Made by a program: the position numbers and the translations under genes. Below the pieces are notes generated by a model. The model saw nothing but the letters and a program-made list of their open reading frames with translations. It ran no database searches and was not told where the DNA came from. A stretch of DNA of 64,000 bases from Lama guanicoe (taxonomy: Eukaryota). The stretch lies in NCBI GenBank assembly GCA_013239625.1, contig MU054693.1:8378443-8442442 (forward strand). Reading direction: 5' to 3'. Positions within the stretch are counted from its first letter, which is position 1. Each line of letters starts with the position of its first letter. Shown here in pieces: positions 28,420-41,794 of this stretch.

Positions 28420-28830
28420 CCCCCAGGCCCCCCGGGCACTCACCCGCTCCTCAGGCACCCGCCCCTGGGGCGCCCGTGCCTGGGGTGCCCGTGCCTGGGG
28501 CGCTCCCCGCGACGCGGTGGCCCCGCGAGCCGGCGGCGACAGCGCGCACAGCGCCAGGACCAGCGCGCCGAGCAGTGCGGAGCGTTGCGGAGCCATGGCA
28601 GCGACGGCGGCAGAAGACCCGGGCGGCAGCCGGGACCTCCCGGGTCACCGACCTTAAGTAGCCGCCCGCCTATCCCGCCCGAGCCGGGGACCGCCCTGCA
28701 GGGAGGGAGCGGGGCTGGGTTGGGCCCCCGCGGGCCCGGGAGGGGCGGGGATCTGGCCTGGATTTTTGAAACATCGGGGTTCCCACCGGGACCGACCCTA
28801 CGGGGCGCGGTCGCCCCTTCGCCCTAGCTC
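28420..28830 (-). promoter_or_regulatory. GSN: CpG island / promoter of the plasma isoform
   Basis: Very CpG-rich; GC boxes at ~28674-28680 and ~28743-28749; TATA-like TACTTAAG (minus strand, 28653-28660) ~60 nt upstream of the ATG. Confidence 0.82.
28444..28596 (-). CDS. GSN: Plasma-isoform first coding exon: signal peptide plus N-terminal extension ([25 protein letters not shown]|[26 protein letters not shown])
   Basis: Kozak gccATGG, hydrophobic h-region, 153 nt = 51 codons, donor CGG|gtgagt, phase 0. Confidence 0.96.
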
Positions 28831-31324
28831 CGGGGTGGAGACCAAGCACAGGGCGTGGCATACCGCAGGCACTAACTCCTTGCACACTAAATGGGCGCAT
28901 GTAAGAAGGGCAAGGAGCCTACCCAGCTTAGTCTCCTGTGTAACCTAGGCAAGACCCCTGCCCTCTCAGCATGTAACGTCTCCAGAAAAAAAAGAACATA
29001 AACTAACATTTACTGAGGATTTTCCCTGTGTCACATGAAAGCTGACACATGTTAACATTCTTTACAGACTGGGTAATATTGACAGCCCCATTTTACAGAG
29101 GAGGAAACTGAGTGCAGAATGCTCACGCAACTTGCACACAACTAGGAAATAAAATAGCCAAGATTTGACCTCCGGTGGTCTGGGTGGACTGCTCACCAAG
29201 CTGGTGGCTGCCATCAGCTAAGGACACAGTTCAGGGGGTGACAACCTTCCTTGGACCCGTGAGCAAGCAAGACAGAGGAGTGGGCATACCTCTCAACTCC
29301 TGGGATTGAATACCGCCCTTCTTTCCTTCTTTTTAAAAAATTTTCATTTTTTATAAGTTTATTTTTCTCAAAACTTAAAGTCACGTTATTTGTACAAAGT
29401 TTTGCTTCTCAATCCCACTTACTTCTACCCTGGGGCAACCAATCACTTTTCAAAAAAATTTTTATTTAATTGATGTACAGTCAGTTACACCCAAAATTGA
29501 CACATTGCAACCAAACACTTCTGTCTTCCTTCTTTGGCTGATGATTTCAGGGTTTACCTTCACACCTTAAATAACAAGCCTTTGTTGTTTAGGGGTTTTG
29601 GGGAGGGTGGAGGGATTTGTTTTGGTTTTGCTCTTGTTTTTTCAGTTTTAGTTTCCATCTACTGGCTCCCTGTGGGGAAGACAAGGATTCAAGTCTCTTC
29701 CCCCATTCCCAGGCTCCCTCCCCTTCCCTACCCTCTCCCACTGGAGTCATTGGGTTAGAAGTGCTATGCAAACTCATCCAGGCCTGCTCCCCACCTCCGC
29801 CAACCCGCCTCTTCCCCCTCCCATGGAGAGAGGGGAAAGAGAGAACTGGGGAGTTGGAGACCTGGGTTTGATTCCGGCCTCAGTCTCCCCATCTACTAAA
29901 TGGGCATAGTGGCTGTTGAGAATTAAACTTATCTGTGTGTGTGAAAATGGCCTGGCCTGCAATTAGGTAAATGGGAATTCCCATCCCCCTTCCCCACAAG
30001 CTCTAGTCACCGTCCCAACCCCCGCTGGATCCTGGTTTCTGTCTAATCAGGCTGAAGTTTGCCCTCCAGCACACACAACCTCCTCCCATTTAACGGGGAC
30101 TGCGGGTCAGGGAAAGGGCCAGGAGCACACACAGAGAAGACAAATCAGATTGCAGAGATTCTAAGAAGGCTTAGTGGACAAAGGGATTTGTGACCTGGGC
30201 CTGAAAGGACGGGGAGGAGGGAGACTGGAAAGAAAAGGCATTCTAGGGGAGGGAACAGCACGGGCAAAGGGCAAGCAAACACAGGCCACATGCAGTGAAT
30301 AATGAGGGGTCCTATCTGAAACATGGGAGCAAGAGGAAATGAGGCTCGAGAGGGCGGCAAGGGTCATAGGGACCTGTGTGCCACACTGGAGAATCTGAAT
30401 TTTACCACAGTGTCTGTGGGGAGCCACAGAGAGATGCCCGAGTGCTCCGGGCTGTGAGTCTAGGCCTGGGCCTGCCGAGCCTACAGCGGACCAGCTCTGG
30501 ACTCAGTTCAGACAGCCCTTCCCTCTCCCTAGGCACCTGGAAGATGATAAAAAGCCCACAGTTCTCATAAGCGATTAATGGAAGCATAAACCGGTTTCCC
30601 CTCTCTGGAGAGCAATTTGACTATACAAATTCGAAACACACAATGCGACAACAGTTCCATCTCCTTCAGTATTACTTACAGAATGTAAGTACAAAAATGT
30701 ACGTGCAAGGGTGTTCACTGGAGCATTGTTTGAAGAAAACTGGAAAGGACTCAAATGTCCCAGTTAAAAAAATCATGGAGCCGCCATACAATGGACCACT
30801 CTGTAGCTGTGAAGGAAGAATGAGCTAGCTCTGACGGTGGGCAAACAGCAGGCGCTCAATGAGCACGGAGAGAGCTCCAAGTGCAAAAGGCAAGTTGTAC
30901 AACCACTCTGGTAGGGCTCCTCTCCTCTTTTATGAACGCATCCGTTTTTGCATACATCCTTATCGAGGCGAGTGAACACCCAACCATCAAGCCAGTTTGT
31001 GTGAAAGGGATCAGGAGGAAGAATTTCACTCCCAAGTGTGGCCCTGGCTGCCAGAGGCTGGAAGAAGCACCCACATCACTGTAGTTGGCACAAGGGAACA
31101 TCTTAGGGCGATGAAAACCTTCTAGCACTGGATTATGTGACCGAAAAATGTACTAAAAATCATAGTGCTGTCCACTTACAAGGGGTGAACTGCAATGGTA
31201 TCTAAATTACACCTCCTTATACTTGTGTGAAAAAAGGTTTTAAATGTGCTATAGGGTTTAAACTATTTACAAGTATTTATCCAACACAGCTTTTTTTAAA
31301 AAAATAAAATAAAAGACTGATCTA

Positions 31325-31437
31325 ATGGGGAGGATATAGCTCAAGTGATAGAGCGCATGCTCAGCACACAAGCACTCCAAATAGAAAAAAATGAATAAAC
31401 CTAATTACCTCCCCCTCACAAACAAACAAAAAAAACC
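31325..31437 (+). mobile_element. tRNA-derived SINE (Vic-1-like) with the B-box region deleted
   Basis: Head ggggaggatatagctcaagtgatagagcgcatgc, same acctaattacctcccc tail, perfect 12-bp TSD aagactgatcta. Confidence 0.85.
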
Positions 31438-34400
31438 AAGACTGATCTAGAAATCATACCTTAAAAATACACACAAAGTGATACCTGCACATTAGACAAT
31501 TTGGAAAATCCAAATAAGCAGAAAGAAGAAATTTTCGTCATCCCAGCCCCCCTGAGAGAAACTGAATGGGCAACTGTCCCAGCTGAGCAGTCCCTTCTGT
31601 CCAGGTGGTGATTAACAGAGGCTGCTGTGGTTTGGCCTTGGTCCCAGGGGTCACTGGCCCCCAGGTTAATGATCACCACAAAGGCCCTGGAGCTTTGCCT
31701 GTCACATAGCTCTGGAGCCTGGGACCTCAGCACCAGGGTGAGCAGGCTCCCGCCCTCGGGGTGCCCATGGCCTAGAAACCCTTGCTGCAGGGCAGTGATG
31801 TGTGGAGACTGGGATGGGGACAACATGGTCCCTGCCTGGAAGAGGATGTATGTGTTCAGGAGACCAGCGGGATTTAAATGCAAAAGAAAAACCTTTAGAT
31901 ATAAAGAAAGAGGCCTCAGCGCTAGGCCTGCCTCTGCCGCCGACTTCCTGGGTGACTTTGGGCAAATCACTATCCTGTCTGGGCCTCAGAGTCTCCTTAT
32001 GCAAAACACGGGGTAGGCCCCAACGCTCTGACCCTAAGCCTCATTCTTAGACCCAGCATTCCCAGATACTGGCTATGCAACCACATCTGGAACCTACACG
32101 TCTCTGAGCCTCAGGGTTCCCATCTGTAAAATGGGGGCACTGGTCCATCTTGCCTTTACAGGTCTCTCTGAATCAGACAGTCCAGGGCCTCTGACCTGCA
32201 TGAGGAGACACAGCCATCACCAATGGCAGCATGCCACCTCACCTCTGGGTCTCTGGGTCTGGACATCTCTGGGAAAGAGAGGAAGGAAAGGAAAAGGGTG
32301 TTGGATATTGAGTCTCCTCACAGCAACCAGGGGAAAGTAAGCTCCCACTTTGTAGATCAGGAAACTGAGACACGGGGAGTTTCAGTTACTGGCTCAGGGT
32401 CACTCAGCTGGAAAGAGGCACTGCTGAGGTTCAGACACAAGTCTGGCTGGTCCCAGTCCCCAGGCTCTGTCTGGGGAGGTCAAGCAGGGCTTCCCAGCAC
32501 CATCCCACCTGGGCAGAGAGGAAGCAGCAGTGCCCTTTACACATAAAGGGTTGCAGGTGCTGAACCAGTCAAGGCCAAGCCAACTCCGGCAGCCCAGAGT
32601 GGTTGAGGCAGCGGTCCCCACCAGACCTCCCAGACCGGGGCAGGAGGTTGCCCCAGGAAAGCCCTCTTGCCCTGCACACACCTGTGTGAGCACCCAGGAC
32701 AGAGGCATGCCCTAGGAAGGTCTCCAGGCTGTGGCCACTGGGTGGAGGATGGACTGTGGCACCTATACTCTGTCCCATTCGTGGGCCCAGTTTCCTGTAC
32801 TTGGGAGGCAGCCCTGCTCGGCCACCACTTGCTAGGTGAGCATACCCTAGTCCCTGCCCTTTTCTGCACCTCAGAGATCCCCCAACCTCTGATCTTGGGT
32901 GCCCCTGGCTCCCGCTCAGTGCTACATGCGGTAGGCAGCTTTTCAGCATCCGCCCCAGGAAGGATCTGTGCTGCCCTCATCCCTCCCGTGTAGTTGGAGC
33001 CAGGACCCCCTGCTCTACCAGCTCCAGCCCTGCTCCCTCTTAGGCTAGCCTCCAGGTCTCTCTGGACCTCCCAAGGCAACTACCAGAGATGGGAGGAGGC
33101 CGCCTCAGCCTCCGCCCCCGGCCTCAATGTACAAAAGGCCTTGGCCAGTCCTGGAGGACACCACCCTGTTCTTTTCTCTTCACCCCGATGTTGATTTCCT
33201 GGGCAGCCAGCCACTCGTGGGAAGCCCTCTCTCCGAGCTTGTTTGCTTCTTGGCTCTGGGTCCTCCTGGGGGCACCCAACCCTCCCGCCCCAGGGTTTTG
33301 CTAAATGGGACAATGGTCAGTAAACAGAGAAACCAGTTACGAAACCTGGTGAGCCAGACAGGGCCTCGGTGAGGTCTGGGGAGCCCTAGGGACTTGACGG
33401 AACACGTGTTTTAGAATCTGGGAGACTTCACTCTTGTGATCAGGACCTCAGTTTCCTGATCTAGAAAATGGGGAGGATGATACCTGACTCACAGAGCAGT
33501 GAGGAGGCCCAAGGCTCGACACACAGTAGGAGCACCCCCAAAGTTAGCACCCTCCTTCCTGAACCGGTTTCTTTGCACAGAAGCCTACGTTCAGCATGTG
33601 CACACCATGTGAACTCCGTGCACTGGTGCAGGAGAAAGGTTGCAGATTTCACAGTGAGATTCTTGAGTTCGGATCTGGGCTGTGTGACCCAAAGCAAGTT
33701 ACTTTCCCTCTCGGAGCCTTGGGTCACTCATCTGCAAAAAGGAAGAGTAATGCCCAGTTGAGTGTGATTGGGAGCTCTGGAGCGAGACTGCTGGAGTTCA
33801 CCGCAGAGTAGGACTTACTCACATCAATGTTCACTACTAGCCCATCCTCCCTTTGTAGATGACATCAAGAACAAGAGTGTAACTTCTCAGAGTCACATAG
33901 CAAAGGACAGGCAGAGCAGACCTAGAACCCCGGTCTCCGTTCCCAGGCCAGAGCTGGGGCCTGAGCCCAGGAGATGACAAGGCTCCCTGTAAGGGCCAGC
34001 TGGACCTCTGCCCTGGCCCAGTCTATCTTGGGTGTGGACATCTGTCAGGGAGATGGCCATTGGGGCTTGGCTGAAGCCACCTCCACAAGGCCGACTATCC
34101 CAGGGACCAAAGCCACTGGCTCTTTCCCAGCTTCCGGAGGCAACCCCACCTAGCGCTGAGAGCCAGGGCAGGACATTCAGAGAGGGCTTGGAAGCAGCCC
34201 TTCCTGACCCCGTGCCCTGGAAGCAGCCAGATCTGGCCGTGAGCGTGAGCCCATTGCCCTTCCTGCCACTTTGCAATCTGTGTCCCCTTCCGTGGGGAAG
34301 CACTGGCCCTGGCAGACGTGGCCAGCCAGCAGCTAGGGCAGCAAACAGCTGCAAACCACTATACCCTAGCGCCTCTGGTACCCCTCGGCCCACTGACAGG

Positions 34401-36394
34401 GGCACAAACTCAAATCACCAGCAGGACAAGGAGGCCCAGCTGCAGGTGCTGTGGCCATGGGACCATCTTCTGATGGGGACACAGTCTCCATCTGCAAACA
34501 CCCTGCGGGCAGCAGGGCCTGTGGTGCCCCAGTCAGAGCCAGAAGGAGCAAAAGCCACAGAGGAGGGCTTTCCAACAAGGAGAAAAACAACGTGCATATT
34601 TGTGGAAAGAGCTACCGCCAGGAAAATCTGGGTTTAAATCACTGACCTGCCACTTCCCAGCTCTGTGGCTTCTGCTCTCTGAGCCTCAATTTCCTTATCT
34701 GTAAAATAAGGATTAGAATACCTTCTTCTTAGGGTGGCTGTAAAATACATTTGGGGCTTAGCACAGTGCTTGGCACAGAGTGTGCACATATAAAGGAAGC
34801 CGTGGTGGTTGTCTCCTGGGGGTTTGGGTAAGCGTCTGTCTCCAACACTCAAATTCCCTACGTATAAAATCAGGGTAAAAATATCTTTCTCAAAGGTGAG
34901 TGGAGAAGATTGGATGAGACCATAAATATGGAAGATCCTAGGACCGTGCCTGGCATAAGACAGATGTTCAAATATGCCAGTTTCCTTCCACCTCGCCCAG
35001 AAAGATAATGACTGGCTCAGTGGTGACCCAGCCAAGAGGACTCAGGTGAAGAACAAACCAGCCCCTCTCTAACGACCCGTTGGGCCCTTGGACTTGAAGA
35101 TTCTGAAAGAAACAGCAGAAGGCTAATAATATTTGAGCATCTGGACAAGATGCCTCCTATCTGTCTGGAGACCATGTGCATCCTTCAGCAGGATCTAGCA
35201 GGGATGCAATTGGTCCTCAGGACCATGGAAGCTCCTCAGGCCAATAATCACCATGATGGGAACAGTGATGACAGGATATCTGAAGATGGTGACACTTCCT
35301 TCCTGCTGCAGGCTCTGAATGAAGCCCTTCTCTGTCCTCAAGCCTTGCACAGCCAGCTACAGGCAAGACTGCCCTGGAAGCGGGAGCCCATCATCTGGGT
35401 GTCAGTTTTCACCCTGCAGGCAGAACTTCCAAGAAACACAAAGGGAGCAGGTGTGGGACGAAGGAGAGACTACAGAATCCTGGAGCAGGGGCCGAGCCTT
35501 GGTGAGCTCAGGACACCAAGAATGACCAACAGTGTGAAGAGGACACAACCTTCCACCCCAAGGAGCACAAGATACATTCAGGGTGAGTTTGGACAGAAAC
35601 CAAATCCCTACCACAGGGGGACCTTGGGCAAATAGCCCGTCTTCAGTGTTTTACTTTCCTCCTCTATAAACTGGGGTGATAGTCCTACCCTGGGTTGTCT
35701 GCGAGGATTGAAGGAGCCATGGCACTGTGCCTGGTACACAGCAGGCGCTCAGTAACCAGAACACCCAAAGACAACCCCCCAGCATATGTCCAGGACCTGC
35801 AAACATACAGCCCACTGGCCCCCAGACCCACCTTTGACTTCAATCTCTGTGTCCTTGCATCCAAAGCAGGGGAGGGCTGGAGAGTCCCAGCCAAGGCCCA
35901 GAGGCCTGGAGGGATGATTGGTGCCAAGGATGCGGAGGCATGTCAGGAGAGGGCCTCAAGTCGCACTTCAAGAGCCCATCTTGACTCTCACCCAATCCAC
36001 AAGCCTCTTTTTGACGCCCTTCCCTCTCTTCTGGCCTACTCTCGCTCAAAGGAACAAGGGCTCTGGGATCACCACCCAATCCCAGTCCTGTCTCTTCCAA
36101 CCTAGGTGACCAGGGACAAGTGACTCAGCCTCTCTGAGCCTGTGTCTTTGGGTATAAAACAGCCAGACTCTCTCACAGGCAGGCCTGCCAGAACTTGATA
36201 CTAGTAAAAATCAGTTATGGAAAAACTCTAAATGCTATATAGCATGATTGGAAAGTCTTTGCAATTTATCTCAAATTTTTAACTACAATCGAACTACCAG
36301 AGATTCAAAGATATTTTTGATCCTTGCTAATCTCTTTAATTTTAATAAGGCTTTTTAAGAAGTACTTTCCCTCTTTGTTTATGTTTATAAAGAA

Positions 36395-36915
36395 GTTTTG
36401 GTATATTTATATAATGGAATACTAATGGAATACTATTTGGCCATAAAAATGACAACATAATGTCATTTGCAGCAACATGGATGTCCCTGGAGAATGTCAT
36501 TCTAAGTGAAGTAAGCCAAAAAGAGAAATAAAAATACCATATGATATTGCTCATATGTGGAATCAAAAAAAAAAAAAGAAGAGGAAGACAAAGGAACTTA
36601 AATATAGAACAGAAACATACTCATAGATATAGAATACAAACTTGTGGTTGCTGGGGGGAGGAGAGTGGGAAGGGACAGACTGGAAGTTCGAAATTTGTAG
36701 GTACTGACAGGTATATAGAGAATAGATAAACAAGTTTATACTATATAGCACAGGGAACTATATACAAGATCTTGTGGTAGCTCACGGTGAAGAAGAATGT
36801 GACAGTGAATATATGTACATTCATGTATGACTGAAAAAATGGTGCTTTACACTGGAAATTGACACAACATTGTAAACTGACTATAACTCAATAAAATGAA
36901 ATTTTAAAAAAATTT
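36395..36915 (+). mobile_element. Younger L1 3'UTR fragment, 5'-truncated, flanked by a ~29-bp duplication
   Basis: catttgcagcaacatggatgtccctggag...agtgaagtaagcca...tatagcacagggaactata...actcaataaaa; flanking repeats at 36360-36388 and 36924-36953. Confidence 0.88.
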
Positions 36916-38990
36916 GATGAAAAAAGTACTTTTCCCTCTTTGTTTATGTTTATTTATTAATTTATTTTATTTTTTATTGAAGTATAGTTGATTTATAATG
37001 TTGCATTAATTTCCGGCAGAAGAGTGATTCAGTTATACATACATATTTTTTCATTATAGGTTATTACAAGATATTGAACATAGTTCCCTAGTTATTTTAA
37101 GATCTGTAGCCACAAAAAATCTATAGCAACAGATAAGACATAGATATAGATGTAAAAGAAAGCTACAGCAAATAATGGCTGTAATTGGATCTCAGAGAAT
37201 ACGTGACTGTGGGTCAGATATTTTAGACCAACAAATCAAGATGTAAATTAACTACCTAATGTCAGAGTATTCAAGTTGTGGGGTCCGGTTTAGAGGGATG
37301 GATAATTTTTTTTAATATTCAAATTCTCAAGCTTCAGATGACGACAGAGATGTCACGCTCCCAATTTGTATTTACTCTCTAAATCTAAAATGTAAAAATC
37401 AATTGAATTGATTAAAAGACTGTATTGTACTTTCCCCTCTTGAACAGAGGCATGGTACTGGAATGCTTCTGTTCCGTTCCCAGCTCAGAGAATAACGATA
37501 ACCAGCTGGAAGAATTAAACGAGAACCAGCCCACAAAACACGGTGCCAGGCACGTGACAGCGCTCCATGATGGGGGCTGTCTTCTTCCCCCCAGGTGTGC
37601 TCCCAGCCTCATTGCCACCCAGACACCTCCCCCTTCACCACAGGCTCCAGGTGCCTGTCCCTTTGGGGGCTTCCAGAACCTTCTGGGACACTCTTAGAGG
37701 CAGGGCCTGGCCAGAGTCATCCCACCAGGACACACATAAGGGCTGAGACCAGCGCAGAGATGCTCAATCCCACTACTCCCCACTTGACACTCGCTTCCCC
37801 CTCCCGCATCCCAGCCACTGTCCTGGTTCAAGGTCCCCATCTTTTCTTTGGAACCACTGCACCAGCTTCCTCACTGCCTTCAACTTGCCCATTATCCACA
37901 GACATTGCATCATTCCCTACTCAAGACCCTTCCACAGCCCCCACTGCAGGCTAAAAGAAGTCAGGACTCCTAAGATTGGCTTTTAAGGCCCTCTAGGATC
38001 TGGTACCCATGCGCTCTTGCAGCCTCACACCCACTGACCACACCCTCTCCAACACCCTCTTCACCACTTCTTGCCTCTATATGTCCTCAATTTCCTGCTT
38101 CCAGGAGACTGAGGGTCCAGCCTCAGCTCTGCCTCTGACTATGTGACCTCGGGCAAGTTCTTTGCCTCTCTGAGCTTCAGTCTCCTCATCAGGCTACTGG
38201 TGATCTTGTGCAGATGAGGCAAGATAAGAGAGTGAGCATCAGGTGCCAGGAGGGCTCAGGAAATGCAAGCCTGTGAGCCACAGCCTCCTCCCCACACCTC
38301 GCTTCTACCATTCTGATAGCAGCTGGTAGGGGTGGGCTCCTCTGCCCAGCAGCTGCGGTGGGGACTCTCTCCTAAGCCCCGGAATGCAGACGCGCTCATG
38401 GCCAGCAGCAGTCAGGGAGGGAAGCTGGAGGGAGGGCGGCTTAGAGGAAAATTACCCGGCTCTGGTCCAGCCAACACTATGCTCACAGCTGCCTCTCAGA
38501 GAGGGGACCTGGGGGCCTGGCAGGCTTTTCCTGAACCATGGACTTGGCCCCCAGCCTTGATCCGTCTGAGCTGGCGGGATAATGGGGGGTACTCTGGGCC
38601 CCACTCCTCTGGGACACTCCCACTCTTTGGCAACCAAAGAGACGGGGAGGAGGAGGAAAAACAACAGACAGGCCTTTGTGAGAGGAGAAAATTGGCTCCT
38701 GCTGCTCCACGCTGGGGCCCCAGGCACTGACATGAAAAAGGGACCCTCTGTGCCCCACTGCCGTCTATCAAACCCTGCACCCTGGGTACCTTGTCCCTGT
38801 GTCATACGCTCTGAACCACGCCCAGCCTCACATACATCAAGCTGTCTATGTCCCATAACAGGCCCCAAGCTCCTCTTACCTTGTCCCGTGTGTGTAGCCT
38901 GGTGCACGTTCCACGTGCTGTCCCACGTCACCCATACCTCAGACCATGCTCCATGCACCATGTCACATCTGCTGTATGATGTACTCTGTG

Positions 38991-39417
38991 CAGACAGCCC
39001 CCAACTTGCGATCGTGCAGCTTACAATTTTTTGACTTTACAATGGTGCAAAAGCAATACATATTCAGCAGAAACCGTACTTTGAATTTTGGTCTTTCCTG
39101 GGCTAGCAATATGCTGTCTATACTATTTATTTTCTTTCACAATGCTGGGCTGCAGCAGCTTCCGTCAGCCAAGCCATCACCAGGGGAAACAAACAATACA
39201 CTTAACAACCATTCTGTACCCAGACAACCATTCTGTTCCTCACTATCAGTTCAGTCTTCAATAAATAACATGAGATAGTCAACCCTTTATTATAAAATAA
39301 GCTTCCTGTTAGATTTTGCCCAACTGTAGGCTAACGTTAAGTGTTCTGGGCACGTTTAAGGTAGGCCAAGCAAAGGTGTGATGTTCGGGAGGTTAGGCGT
39401 ACTAAATGCATTTTGAC
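38991..39417. mobile_element. Tigger-family DNA transposon fossil (MER47-like)
   Basis: Terminal cagacagcccccaacttgcgat...; internal attttgcccaactgtaggctaa...gtgttctgggcacgtttaaggtaggc matches my recollection of MER47. Confidence 0.72.
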
Positions 39418-41684
39418 AGGCTCTGGGACAGACTCCTACCAATCATTACCTACATAACCTTGGAAAAGTCACCCCTCTCCTTCTCAAAGCCTCAGTTCCT
39501 TCAGCTATAAAATAGAAATGATATTAACACTCATCTAGTAAGGGTTCTTGTGGGGGTTGAAGGAGATACTGCAGAGAAGGGGCCTACCCCAGCGCCTGAC
39601 ACAGAGGGAGTCTATGAAATGTTTGCGGTCCCAGCTGTGCCAGGGTGTCTGTACTACAGCCTATGCACTGCTTGCCAGCCTCCTGAGACCCCAGCTCCCA
39701 CTGTGCATTAGACACTGTATCACCTTAGTGAAATTCAAACAAAAAGCTACAGGGAAGCTATATCTCCTCTGCTACAGGGGAGAAATTCAAGGCTCATAGA
39801 GGGTAAGAATCTGCAGGAGGTCACACAGCCAGAAAGGGTGAAGCTGGGTATGCACACAGGTCTGGGCATCCAGAGAGACAGAAGGAAAATTAGTGGTGGG
39901 CTAGTGGGTAGGGGCGCAGACTGCTGGCCAGCAGGCACAGGCACCTTTTTGGAGATGGTTAGGGGTGATAAAAATGTTCTCAGACCAGATTGTGGTTATG
40001 CTGGCATTACTCTGTAAATTTACTAAAAATCACTGAGTTAATTAAAACCAGTGAATTACATGTATGTAAATTACACGTAAATTTAGTCCAACAATTTATG
40101 TAAATTACACTTCAATAAAGCTGTTGTTTTTTTTTTTTAAGCCCATGCGTTTCGCTGGCACCACTCTGCCAAAGCAGTCAGCAAGAAAAGTGACTCTCCT
40201 TGAGTTAGTGGAGACAGTCGAGTGGAGGCTGAGCAACCACTTGGAGGCCCAGGGGAAAGGAGCCTTGAGCCACCTGGTTCCCGAACACCTCTGCAGATCA
40301 GGTGCGCAGCAAAATCACCTGGGGAGCTCCAGAAAGCTTGGATTCCCAGGCCCCACACCCAGCCTGAGCCTACAGCTTGGGGTGGGGCCCGCAAACCTGG
40401 GATTCTGAGGCTCAGCCTGGACTGGGAACCATTCATCAAAGCCCAACATCTCCTTTCACACTTGGGGAAACTGAGGCCAGCAGAACAGGGGACTTGCCAT
40501 CTCTAAGCGATTGAGGAGTGGGAGAGCCAGGGCTGAAATCAGGGTCCATTCTCTGTTCCTCCTCTCCTTTCCCTCTTCCTCCCTCCCTCCTCCCTGGCCC
40601 TCAGCCTCCTGGTGACTCAGGCTCTGAGTCATCCAGTGGCACCACAGAGGAAACGTCTTAGGAAAAACAATCCCCAAACAAAGCTCCCCCTGATCTAGGG
40701 AACAGAATAGGCTGGGGGGCTAAGAGAGGGCAGGGAGGAGAACACAGGGTGGAGTAGACCTGGTCTTGCATCTTGGCTACTGAGCCCCAGAGAAGGCGCT
40801 TCCCTGCTCTGAGCCTCAGTTTCCCCTGAGTAAATAATCCCTACTACCACACACAGAAGCTCAATATGGACCAGACAATGTAAGTACTTTTCAGTTTTGT
40901 CTTGTTGACAACGCCTCCCCAAGACCCATGGCTAGCATCATGCCCATTTTACAGATGGGGAAACTGAGGCTCAGAAAGGTTTAGCCCAAGGTTACACAGT
41001 TAGGAAGCGCAGAACAGAGTCGGAATCCGGGGTGATCTGACTCCGAAGTCTTACTCTCACTCCTACACATCTTTTAAAGATACCTACTGCACAGTGTGGC
41101 ATGCAGATAATGTCTCATCAAACGCGTAAGGTGAATGGCCCAGTAGGGCCTCAACCACACGTTTTTCTCCTTCCATCCTCTGTTGTCAGGCCCTGCCTCG
41201 GGACTTCCTGGCCCAGCGGGGTGCACACAAGAATTTGGGTAATCACTCAAGTGGCTCTTGGCAGCAGGAGCTCACAGAAGAAAGCACCCTGGACCTGATG
41301 AGCCACAAAGGAAGAGCATTTGAGCCAGGCTTGGAAGGATGAATGGAGGTTTGTCTTTGGGGAACAGGGAACCAGCACATCAGGTGGAGGGAACAGCTAA
41401 GCAAAGGCTCAGAGGTGTGGCCCACATAGGAAAATGCAAATGCTGGAGAGGCATGGCTAGGATTAAGACTTGGACACGTGGGTGGAGAAGGGGCCTGACT
41501 GCTAGGGGTCCTGGCCTGATCTGAGGCAGTAGAGAATTTGTAAGCCGGGAGAGAATAGGATCGGAGCTGGTTTCATCTCTGCAGGGGGCCTGGCTGGGAG
41601 TCAGGACTGGGACCCTCCACAGCCTCCCAGGAGCCCCTCTTCTAAGCAGGCTTTGGGGACAACCCGAGATCCCTTGCTACTCAC

Positions 41685-41726
41685 CCATGGGTCAGAGTCA
41701 CCCCCAAGGGCCTCTTCCTCCGCCAT
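41685..41726 (-). CDS. GSN: Candidate alternative first coding exon, MAEEEALGGDSDPW
   Basis: gctATGG Kozak, exactly 14 codons, consensus donor TGG|gtgagt, phase 0 matching the common exon at 26934. Confidence 0.7.
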
Positions 41727-41778
41727 AGCTGGGCTGGGCAGAGGACAAGCGGGCCTCTGACCACATCAACCTAATCAC

Positions 41779-41794
41779 ATTGGCCTATAAATAG
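41779..41794. promoter_or_regulatory. MEF2 site overlapping a TATA-like box (CTATAAATAG, 41785-41794) with adjacent CCAAT
   Basis: Perfect CTA(A/T)4TAG, ~60 nt upstream of the MAEEE ATG; attgg (CCAAT on the minus strand) at 41779-41783. Confidence 0.6.
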
